From the NCBI GenBank assembly GCA_039096225.1, contig JBBPEB010000002.1, forward strand, positions 1 through 64,000: a stretch of 64,000 bases of DNA, written 5' to 3'. The notes under the pieces were generated by a model. That model was not told where the DNA came from, searched no databases, and saw nothing but the letters and a program-made list of their open reading frames with translations. Source of the DNA: Blastocystis sp. Blastoise (lineage: Eukaryota > Protista > Bigyra: Opalinata). The translations under genes were made by a program, and so were the position numbers. Shown one piece after another: positions 36,655 through 45,900 of this stretch (position 1 is the first letter of the stretch; every line of letters begins with the position of its first letter).

Positions 36655-36764
36655 AGAATTCTTGAATGGTCTAATGGATCTATTAAAGAAATATGTAACC
36701 ACAGTATCATGGTTCGATTCCGTTAAAATGTTTCCATTAGATTATTCAAGTGTTCTTTTTTTTT
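36655..36764 (+). ncRNA. Putative Pol III hairpin RNA (tRNA-type promoter; VA-RNA-like)
   Basis: A box TGGTCTAATGG 36667-36677 and B box GGTTCGATTCC 36711-36721 (44-nt start-to-start, as in tRNA). Stem 36661-36678 pairs with 36733-36750 over 18 bp. T9 terminator at 36756-36764. Confidence 0.65.
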
Positions 36765-36820
36765 CTAGAACCTTCTCGAACCTTCTAGAACCTTCTAGAA
36801 CCTTCTCAAACCTTCTCGAA
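36763..36820. promoter_or_regulatory. HSE array upstream of putative SSB
   Basis: 12 alternating TTC/GAA pentamers (1 mismatch), ~77 bp before ATG 36898. Confidence 0.65.
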
Positions 36821-36897
36821 AATTGATTCATTTGAAAAGAATATCGTAAAATATTAGTATTAAAATACTTATATTTTTACTAAATACTTAACTAAAA

Positions 36898-37491
36898 ATG
36901 TCTACAACTGAATTTAAAAAACCTACTATTCTTGATACTTCGAACTTTAATTTACAATGGGATGACACCAAAGAAAATGCTGTTCTTTTAAATAATAATC
37001 ATCGTGTATGTATTTCTACTGATGCTACACCATGTTTATTTGGTTATATTGTTACACGTGATAAATGGACTTTATTAACAATTGAAGATGATAATCAAGT
37101 ATTCTTAGCTGCTTATAAAGAACTTTATCGTAAATTATGTGAATTATGTCCTGATGGTGATATTGTTAATTTTGTACGTATGGATAATGGTAAATATAAG
37201 ATTACAATTAAAGTACCTATTAATGCATCGAAGAATGTTACTATTGATATTACTGATAAAAGAGATAAGAAGATTAATATCGGTAAAGATCCTAAGTTAA
37301 CTTACGAAGAAATACGTGAAAAGTATATTCCACCAAATACGTTATGTAAAGTATTATTTACAATACATGGTATTCATCGTTATAATAACAAGTATTATAT
37401 TGGTTTATATGCTCGTTCTATTAAAGTCATCGATAAATCTACGAAGAATACTAATAGTAATGATACTATTATTGATTTAACTAATTTATAA
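36898..37491 (+). CDS. Probable single-stranded DNA-binding protein (OB fold, T7 gp2.5/NCLDV-like)
   Basis: 197 aa; C-terminal IPPNTLCKVLFTIHGIHRYNNKYYIGLYARSIKV resembles the closing strands of viral SSBs. Pattern recognition only. Confidence 0.5.
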   Translation: MSTTEFKKPTILDTSNFNLQWDDTKENAVLLNNNHRVCISTDATPCLFGYIVTRDKWTLLTIEDDNQVFLAAYKELYRKLCELCPDGDIVNFVRMDNGKYKITIKVPINASKNVTIDITDKRDKKINIGKDPKLTYEEIREKYIPPNTLCKVLFTIHGIHRYNNKYYIGLYARSIKVIDKSTKNTNSNDTIIDLTNL

Positions 37492-37567
37492 ATTTTTAAT
37501 GTTAAATTTATTTTTTATTAATATATTTGTTTTGTTTATAAATAATTTTATAATTGAAATAAAAAAA

Positions 37568-39295
37568 ATGCAAAGTTGTATATTAGGAATGCCAAGTCCT
37601 GGTACTTTTGGTATGAATTTAATTTCAACTGGAAAAGAATATAGGCGATATAATACACAACCATTACATAAAATGGATCAATATAATCCAATATTTCATG
37701 AAATAGGTCCAAATTCATCTATGCCTGTGTCTACTTTAGAAAGTAAAGAAATACATGATGGTAAAGAAGATGATTATGTAGATCGTTCTAAAACATTTGG
37801 TAAAGATGCTGTTCCACAAGGAAATGGTGCTTTAATTCGTGCTAGAGCAGCAGGTAAAGGTATAATGAAAGCAGCTGGTCCAGAAGAAGATAAAATAGAT
37901 GGTGAAGATCGTCAATATAAAGTATTAAATCCATGTAAACCAAGACGTAAATCTGGTAGAGGAATTATTCCAAATAAATCAGAAATCAATAAATTAGAGA
38001 ATAATCAAGGTTCTGGTATTGGTGATGCAATTAAAAATAAAGTAAAAGATATGTATCAACGAAATGTATTAGATATAAGAGATGCTATTGTAGATAAAAA
38101 AGCTAATAGAAAAGCTCGTGATGCATTAGCTATTTTAGCTCAATATGTTGGTGATGGTCATCATGATCTTGATGATGAATTCAAAAGATTCTATGAACAT
38201 AAAATAAAACGTGGTGGAAAGATTCCTATATCTGTTGCTTCAGCAATTATGAATGCAATTAAAAATAAGAAAATGATTATTAATCCAAAATTAAGAAGAA
38301 TGTTAAGACCCTCTATTATACCAAAATATATAGATTTAGATTCAGCTCAAAGTGGTGATGGTATATTAAGAGTAAAAAGAGGTGGTGGATTCTGGAGCGG
38401 ATTAATGGATTATGCACCAGCTCTATTAGGTGTAGTTGATAAAGGTATGGATTCTTTTGCTAAAGGTAGAAAAGCTTATTATGATACACATTTGGCACAA
38501 CAATCAAGTGAATTAAATGATATGGAATTTGAAATGGAAAAATTAAAACGTCAACAAGCATTAAATGAAATGAAAAAGCAAATAGGTAATGGTATAGTAA
38601 TGGGAACAATTAATGATGGTTACGATACAGTTGAACGACAATCAGAATTATTAGATCAAGAAGTGCAACCATTAAGAGATTTGCACAGTATGAAACAACA
38701 ACTTAGAAAGAATCTTCCTGTTCGTCAACCACCTCCTCCAGCAGCACCCATTCAACCACAACCAGAAATTGAACCTGAATTGAATGTTGATACATTTGAT
38801 ATACCTCAAAATGATACACCAAGACATCCACAAACTCAACAACCTCCTCAACCTTATAAACCCATGTCTCGTGATGAACAAAGTTATCCTTATAAGATTT
38901 ATGGTTTCCCTCAAAATGATAAAGAGAAAGTCGATAGAAAATGGAAAGAAGATGAAAGGGATAAACGAATAGCTGCAAGAAGAGCTAAACGTAGAGGTTA
39001 TGGTGGTCGAGTTAAATTAAGTAAAGCAGAATTCTTAGAACGAATGAGAAGAGGAAAAGAAGCTAAAAAGAAAAGAGGTGGTGATTTGAATCCATTAGTA
39101 TCATTTTATACAGATTTTATAATACCTGCAGGAGTGGCACGAAAAAAACGTAAAATACAAGAGGCTGATTTAAAACAATTACAAATTATAAAACAGAAAA
39201 GAGATAATAATGAAACATTAAATGCAGGTGACGAATTGTTTTGGAAAAAAAAGAAATATATGTTATCAAAAAACTCAGGGGAGGGGATCTGGTAA
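37568..39295 (+). CDS. Basic core polyprotein with about 12 GxG/GG protease-site-like motifs (575 aa)
   Basis: Likely ATG 37568, after the upstream gene's 3' motif. Motifs QGNGA, AGKGI, SGRGI, QGSGI, KRGGK, SGDGI, KRGGG, IGNGI, GYGGR, KRGGD, SGEGI; Lys/Arg rich. Confidence 0.75.
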   Translation: MQSCILGMPSPGTFGMNLISTGKEYRRYNTQPLHKMDQYNPIFHEIGPNSSMPVSTLESKEIHDGKEDDYVDRSKTFGKDAVPQGNGALIRARAAGKGIMKAAGPEEDKIDGEDRQYKVLNPCKPRRKSGRGIIPNKSEINKLENNQGSGIGDAIKNKVKDMYQRNVLDIRDAIVDKKANRKARDALAILAQYVGDGHHDLDDEFKRFYEHKIKRGGKIPISVASAIMNAIKNKKMIINPKLRRMLRPSIIPKYIDLDSAQSGDGILRVKRGGGFWSGLMDYAPALLGVVDKGMDSFAKGRKAYYDTHLAQQSSELNDMEFEMEKLKRQQALNEMKKQIGNGIVMGTINDGYDTVERQSELLDQEVQPLRDLHSMKQQLRKNLPVRQPPPPAAPIQPQPEIEPELNVDTFDIPQNDTPRHPQTQQPPQPYKPMSRDEQSYPYKIYGFPQNDKEKVDRKWKEDERDKRIAARRAKRRGYGGRVKLSKAEFLERMRRGKEAKKKRGGDLNPLVSFYTDFIIPAGVARKKRKIQEADLKQLQIIKQKRDNNETLNAGDELFWKKKKYMLSKNSGEGIW

Positions 39296-39861
39296 AGAGT
39301 AAAGATGAGAAATTAATTCAAAATTCAATGAATTGCGATAATCCTATTATATCTGATAAAACTCGTCATGTTACTCCTAGATCCCCTGATAATTTCAAAC
39401 AAACTCTATCTCAATATTGTAATATACCAAATTCTTTAATATCTCAATTATATAATTATGCTTATTTAAATAAACCTACCTCTTCTGTTGCTTGTGATCG
39501 TGCTGAAAATGTTATGAAACAATTAAATAAAACGAATTCTCAATCTTATAATTATTATAATAGTTATGATGATTTTGAACAAAATATAGATCAAGATCAA
39601 ACTAAATTTAATATGATCTTTCATGAAAGTCCTAGTGATCCTTATAATGGTCATTTTGAAGCTGTTATTTATAATGGTAATAAAAACATAGAACACTATT
39701 CATCATTAGGAAATGAACCTACTTTTTCAAAATCATTTATTCAAAATCATAATATTCAATATAATCCTATTCAACACCAAAAAACTACAAGTAATGCAAA
39801 TGGTTGCTTTTATTATTCTTTACTTTATTTACTTTCTAATGGAAATCTTATGCCTTGTTAA
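39241..39861 (+). CDS. Adenain/Ulp1-like maturation cysteine protease, in -1 frame to the upstream ORF
   Basis: GHFEAV (His), EHYSSLG (cf. YFDSFG), QHQ...NGCFYYSLLYL (Gln, Cys). Overlaps the upstream ORF; first ATG only at 39328. Confidence 0.8.
   Translation: MEKKEIYVIKKLRGGDLVKSKDEKLIQNSMNCDNPIISDKTRHVTPRSPDNFKQTLSQYCNIPNSLISQLYNYAYLNKPTSSVACDRAENVMKQLNKTNSQSYNYYNSYDDFEQNIDQDQTKFNMIFHESPSDPYNGHFEAVIYNGNKNIEHYSSLGNEPTFSKSFIQNHNIQYNPIQHQKTTSNANGCFYYSLLYLLSNGNLMPC
39268..39387 (+). promoter_or_regulatory. Predicted -1 programmed ribosomal frameshift signal
   Basis: In-frame A AAA AAC 39268-39274 and a 7-nt spacer. Stems: 39282-39292/39377-39387 (11 bp), 39297-39302/39371-39376 (6 bp), 39304-39309/39362-39367 (6 bp). 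Confidence 0.75.
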
Positions 39862-39983
39862 AACATTCTAGAACATTCTAGAACATTCATTTTGAACTGG
39901 CTCTATTTGTAGAATCTTTAATTTATTATATTAGTATTTTATATAATTAATTTGTTTTGTTTAATCATTGGTTAATTTAAATA

Positions 39984-40358
39984 ATGAACAAGAAATATCT
40001 TAGTTATTCTTATTTTTGTCGTGTGATGAAGAATCTAAAAGAAGAAGGAATTAAATCCAAAAAGAATGAAATAGCGAATCTATTAGAACAATTTTTAAAT
40101 AATAATAACAACAAGAATCTTAGTGATTTGCAATTGAGTTACTGTAGAAATATGTTACTTTATATAGATGATCCTGTGATTCATCAACGTCTTGAAATGC
40201 TATTGGATAAACAATATATGAAGAATGAGAATCAATATCAAGATGATAAGAATCTTATTCAACCCAATAATATGTTTATGCCAACTATGAAAAGTAATCA
40301 ACAACAAAATCAATATCAAAATAATAATAATAATCTATCTTTCTTACCTTTTAATTAA
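39984..40358 (+). CDS. PLV hypothetical protein (124 aa)
   Basis: Intact ORF; 5-unit HSE at 39866-39888 upstream, 3' motif at 40382. Confidence 0.65.
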   Translation: MNKKYLSYSYFCRVMKNLKEEGIKSKKNEIANLLEQFLNNNNNKNLSDLQLSYCRNMLLYIDDPVIHQRLEMLLDKQYMKNENQYQDDKNLIQPNNMFMPTMKSNQQQNQYQNNNNNLSFLPFN

Positions 40359-40431
40359 TTTTTATATCCTTTTATTACTAGTTGTTTAGTTATATTCAAA
40401 ATTAAAACAAAACAAACATAAAAACATAAAA

Positions 40432-41367
40432 TTATTCAATTAATTTTTTAAATAAATTATTATTTTCTAAAGATACATAAGAATTAATATGTGTATAATC
40501 ATTATGACATAAAGCAGAAGCAGAATTTTCTATATCTTGGAATGTATTGGTTGTAGTTGTAGCATATAATTTTCTTAATGCATTAATGGTCAATTTTGGA
40601 TGGATTTGTTTTAAATGCTTATTCACAAACCAATCAAATGCTTTAGTAGTAAATCCAGTTCTTACAGAAGATTCAAATATAAATTTACGATTTGGATTTC
40701 TTTTTAAGAGTAATTCTAGATCTTCAATCAATTCTTTTGGTGCATCTAATTGAATTGTAGAGTATTTACCAGCAGTTTTATAATCATTTAATAGAATAGA
40801 ACCAGTATGTTTCTCTTTATCATAAACAATATAATTCTTATGAATAGCTGGATCAATAGTATCTTCTGGTGATAGAATGAATAATTGAGCATAATCAGCA
40901 CGAGCAGGAGGAAGATAGGAGTAAAAATCTAATATTAATCGTAATGGATTATAATTTTCTAATTTATCGTGATATTCATGTAAATATGGAGTCGTAATAC
41001 CATCTTTAATAAGATCTTGAATTAAAGTACGTTTCTTATTATCCAGATATTTTTCATACATTGAATTGATAATCACATAAAATTCACACCATTTATTTAA
41101 AATACCTTCTTTATTTAATGAAGAAACATTACGTATAATAAATAATATCAATTCACATAACGATTTCATTGGACTAATTTTGATTTTACGTTCATTTACC
41201 ATATAATCCATGAATGAATAAGGATTCTTCAAGAATTCTGAGAACTTTTTAAATGGTAATGGGAAAATATATAAATTGAAATAATTGGTTAAACGTTTTT
41301 TCCAAATATCAGAATAATTTGAATTCTGTATAACCAAAAGATACTTGTCATAATTTGTATTTTTCAT
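40432..41367 (-). CDS. Tyrosine recombinase/integrase (~311 aa)
   Basis: LPPARADY (R), NDYKTAGKY (K), LTINALRKLYAT (xxLR), LCHN (H), THINSY (Y). First ATG 41367; HSE array 41456-41503 upstream. Confidence 0.85.
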   Translation of the reverse strand: MKNTNYDKYLLVIQNSNYSDIWKKRLTNYFNLYIFPLPFKKFSEFLKNPYSFMDYMVNERKIKISPMKSLCELILFIIRNVSSLNKEGILNKWCEFYVIINSMYEKYLDNKKRTLIQDLIKDGITTPYLHEYHDKLENYNPLRLILDFYSYLPPARADYAQLFILSPEDTIDPAIHKNYIVYDKEKHTGSILLNDYKTAGKYSTIQLDAPKELIEDLELLLKRNPNRKFIFESSVRTGFTTKAFDWFVNKHLKQIHPKLTINALRKLYATTTTNTFQDIENSASALCHNDYTHINSYVSLENNNLFKKLIE

Positions 41368-41465
41368 TGATTTTCTCAAGTAGAATCTCTAAAACTTCTA
41401 TTTTCAAAAGAATAATACATAAGAAAATCAAAATAAAATATCTAAGATTCTCATGTTCTCGAATG

Positions 41466-42223
41466 TTCTAGAAGTTTCGAGAATGTTATAGAATGTTCTC
41501 GAAAATTTATATTTTTCCATAACGGTCGCTCATGTTTCCAAAAGTCTCTCGTTATAATCGTGGTGGTGGGTACATCTTTTTACAAGACCACACCACCACC
41601 AGCTTTTCTTTCACCCACTATAAATACATACCTTGATCACTTTACTCTTTTTATATATATTTTTTTATGATTATCATGACTTTTTATATTATTTATTGAT
41701 CACTATACATACATTTTTATTTTATATATTCCCGTGATTATTTTTATTATTTCTTTTTAGATAGAACCATCCATTTCATCTTTTCTCTATATAAAGGGAG
41801 GGTCGGGGTGTGTGTTTATTTAGCACATTCTGTGCTTCTTTTCGTATTTCTTTCTGTATTCCCGTGATTATTTTACTCACTTTACCAACGATGGAGCCAT
41901 TTCCCATGAATATTCCCTGTAAAGGGGAGGGTTGGACTGTGTATTTTATTTCTTTTATGATTACTATGAGTTTCTCCTTGATCACTTTACGTTTCACGTT
42001 GGAATCGGAACACAAATAAATTAAAAATAAATAAACATGGGGAAAAATAAAAATACACACACACTACCCTACACTCCCATGGTTATTTTACTTCAGAAAT
42101 GTTATTAATTCTTCCGTCGAGAACAAAAAGGGGGGATGACTTCCCCGCTTATGGCTGCGCGCGTCGCGCAGACTCTATGCGGGGTTTGCATACCCCCTTC
42201 TGCAGTTCGAAGAACGGAAGAAT
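41466..42223 (-). repeat. Right terminal inverted repeat (758 bp)
   Basis: Reverse complement of 17088-17845, including the terminal hairpin 42108-42223. Confidence 0.97.
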
Positions 42224-42945
42224 GAATTAAATATAAATAAACGTGATTATTATGAAATAAATATGCGTGCTAGCAGCATATTAATAATTCGTATAAATCG
42301 ATATTAGTTAATTAATTATAAACGATAAATTCTTGTTTTCATTATAAAACGAAAATATTGAATAGGAATTAGAATTATTTCGTAATATTGAGAGTAAACA
42401 TTCTAGCGGCGTGGTTCGCTTGTTAAGCATATTTGAAAATATTTTATTTTGACAATAATTATTTCCAACATAATGAAATAAAACTATTTTGTTATTTTAT
42501 CACACATTTTCGAAAAACAATAGTGATATCGTTAATAATATGGATAATTTATAACGGCATAAATGAATATATATATGATTTTTATATATTAATTTCATGA
42601 ATATCTAATTGTATCTGTGTATAAGTGATATATAGCCATATTAACATATAAATATATTAATTATGCTATTATTATCATTTTAATTGTGAATGGCAATTAA
42701 ATATGGTATATATTAGTATATTATAATGTACTATTAGTGTAAAACAAAAATCTAGTAAACTAATAACATTAGTAATGGAATATATACAAACATATAATTA
42801 GTAAAATATATTAAATAAAATAATATATACGCATATATATAAAGAGACTATATAATTAAAAATAATGAAATATATATATAATATATAAAAATATATAAAA
42901 ATTATATATTAAAATAGTTAATGAAATGATAAAGTAATATTTTTA

Positions 42946-45900
42946 TTACATATAATCATCGTCTAAAACGGCTTTGAATGAAGTGAAGACCGATACATGG
43001 AAAACGTCATTTTGATTGACTTGATCATTTGCCGGAATATATTCATCGTCAGGATTCTAAATATATATATGAATATATTAAAAACAAATATATATACATA
43101 TATATACATTATTATTATTACTGCGGCTTTCTATTTCTTTTGATACGCCAAAGTCGAGAGATATCACGTTATATGGCTTCATCTCGTTAAGTAAACAGTA
43201 TTCATACTCGTCATCCATCAGTGATGCTATACGAGAAGAGGGATTCACGAAATAGCCATATAATCTAGTTTGGCTGAAATTACCTTGTTGGTACTTATGT
43301 ATCTTAAGAACCATCATATCCTCAATTTGTAAGAAAAAAAGAACCTGGCACAATAAAGGACGAATAACGAAGTTACCAGAATCTAACTCAACAACGATAT
43401 TTCGTATCATATACGAATTATTTTTGTATTCAGCATTTGACTTTTCTATATATTCTCTGAATGATATTTCACCGTTAACTACAATTGAGCTGTAGCAGTA
43501 TCGTTTTAATGATCTAAACCCCATTATAAGCCTATGCTGTATATCCACGTTATGATCTATCGCTTCTTTGATAATACTAGTAGGAGTTGACTCATCGAAA
43601 CATGGATAAAATAATTTTGATTTTATACAAGTTGATGAAGAAGAGGATAGGAGGGAGATAATGGATAGGATATCTTTATCGGATAGATCAGGTAATGACC
43701 TTTCCTTAACGCCTTTGAATGAATGTATGCCGGAGTATCCATCGACAGCCATTTCATGATATTGAAGAGACGTATAGCGGTTATCGCTATTGTTCTGATT
43801 GTTCTCAATTTGATTTATTTTAGGAGGGAATATCTGAATGCATTCTCTATCCTGAATTTTTATAATAGCCGATTCATTGAAGTTCGTCGTACCTTTAGTA
43901 ATTCTCTTAATAGTCTTATATGATCGTTCGGCTTCCCATGTTGACGTATAGTATAGCGAACCGCTATTTCGTATACATAAAGCTAAATGCTTTATTGAAT
44001 GCATTTGATTACTTATAAGGACAGCGGGTAATACCGACTCAAGAAGGCAGACAAATAGAATACATCTTTTCTCAAACGCCTCTAGTTCGTTTTTCTGGGT
44101 GATTGGGTTTATCTCCATAGTATCACATATAATTGAACCGAATAATTCAATTACAGAAACAAGTGGAGAGTCAGCACACGTAAAATCCGATGTAAGAAGC
44201 GGAAGAAACCTAGAGAAAAACATAATACGGCTATGAGAAGAAGCAGAAAAGAAATTCATATCATCTAGTATAGTATGTATTTGATAGGTGTCTATGTCAT
44301 ATAACGAGTTTATCTCTTTCATTCTATTTAAAATAATCCTTTTGTTATCGCCAGATAGCGAAATCTTTTTAATTATCTCTGCCTGTTCTGTTTCTGACGC
44401 AATATATACCAAGTTGGAGTATATTTTGGTATTCGGATAATTCCATAATAATTCCATTAGAGACGTAGTAACATTATTTAGTAGATGCATCGGATCAAGT
44501 GAGGTAGACTCATACATATTAAAATATTTAAGTTTCTGAAAACTTAAACTAAGTACTATTGGCGTAATTTCATTTGTAGCATCGGCAGAATCAGCGGTAT
44601 TATCCGTATCAGCGGTATCATCAATATCAACATTATTAGTAGTATCAGCATTATTAGTAGTATCGGCAGTATCGGCAGTATTGGTAGTAGTAGTATTAGT
44701 AGTAGTATTAGTAGTATTAATATTAGTAGTAGTAGTAGTAGTAGTAGTATTTGACCTCAGAGAAGCAGGAGAAGAGTTGATTGCATCTGTGTATATTGAG
44801 CTAGTAGGTATCTCTATAGGTGCAGAAATAGAAACGACTACATTTGAATCAATAATAGATTCATCTATATAGTTTGTAAGCATCCTTGTTGAATTTTCTG
44901 TTTCATTCGGACGATATATAGGAATGAAAAACGTCGTTTTATTATCGTATTCGTCCCGTAACTCGCTAACTTCCGAATAACAGCACTTAATACCATTATG
45001 AAACGTATTATCTCTTTTACGGCATACTGGGACCTCGCAAAAGCGGCATGGATATGTATTAGCGCTTGATGGAGTGTTAACCATTTTTGATACTGCCGGA
45101 TAATCACCATAAACATCGAGAAGAATAGCTATAACTCTCTTATTCTCGTTTGAATCGCCAAATGGGATATCAATACCATTTTGAAGGATTTCGAATTCAG
45201 AACATAGTATATCAATAACAGAAGATACCATTTTAGCAGTAGGGCAGCCATAAAGCCATAAACGGCGATGATCGGTATTCCTTTTCTGAGAATAGTTAAG
45301 CAGCTTCACTGTAATGGGATAACTTGATTTATTTTCGTCTTTCTTAGGTTTATCGAAAACTGAAATACCATCGCTTGTAAGTGAGAAGAAGAGGAAGATA
45401 TCGGCTTTATCATACAATGGGCGTGTATACCTATAAAAGCTAGAACCATAAAAAAACAGCGGGATAGATTCGGTGGATACGGGAAAGTTACTAGGTCGGC
45501 TCATATCGTCACCAATCGGTAAATAATAGCTTTCTTGCTGGTGAAGGCGAAGCATCGACAGTATTTCATCCTTATTATAATAGCATAAGTCTTTAATAGT
45601 ATCTGTATTTAGAAGCAGCTTCTTTATTCGTGGTATTATTGGCAGAATCGTCGTATGATATATATCTATATATAATATATAATATATATAATATATAATA
45701 TATAATAATATATAATATATAATATATAATAATATATAATATAATAATATATAATATATAATATATAATATATAATATAATAATATATAATATATAATAT
45801 ATAATATATAATATATAATATATAATATATAATATATAATATATAATATATAATATATAATATATAATATATAATATATAATATATAATATATAATATAT

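Larger units (their letters stand above)
17088..42223. mobile_element. Complete endogenous Polinton-like virus (PLV), 25,136 bp
   Basis: 758-bp TIRs. Gene-dense, intronless interior unlike the intron-rich flanks. Contains packaging ATPase, penton, MCP paralogues, cysteine protease, primase-helicase and two tyrosine recombinases; no pPolB/RVE recognised. Confidence 0.93.

Noticed and set aside
36631-36726. 31-codon ORF MENRIVSN...
   Set aside because: Very short, no 3' motif; the region is better explained by the structured RNA.
36660-36735. Genuine tRNA gene
   Set aside because: A/B boxes and T-arm are present, but there is no anticodon stem or correctly placed acceptor stem; the 5' end pairs with a downstream extension.
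39247-39253. A AAA AAG as the main slip site
   Set aside because: About 28 nt from the stem; A AAA AAC has the canonical 7-nt spacing. A minor contribution cannot be excluded.
17088-42223. Classical Polinton/Maverick
   Set aside because: No protein-primed PolB or RVE integrase motifs and no 6-bp TSD.
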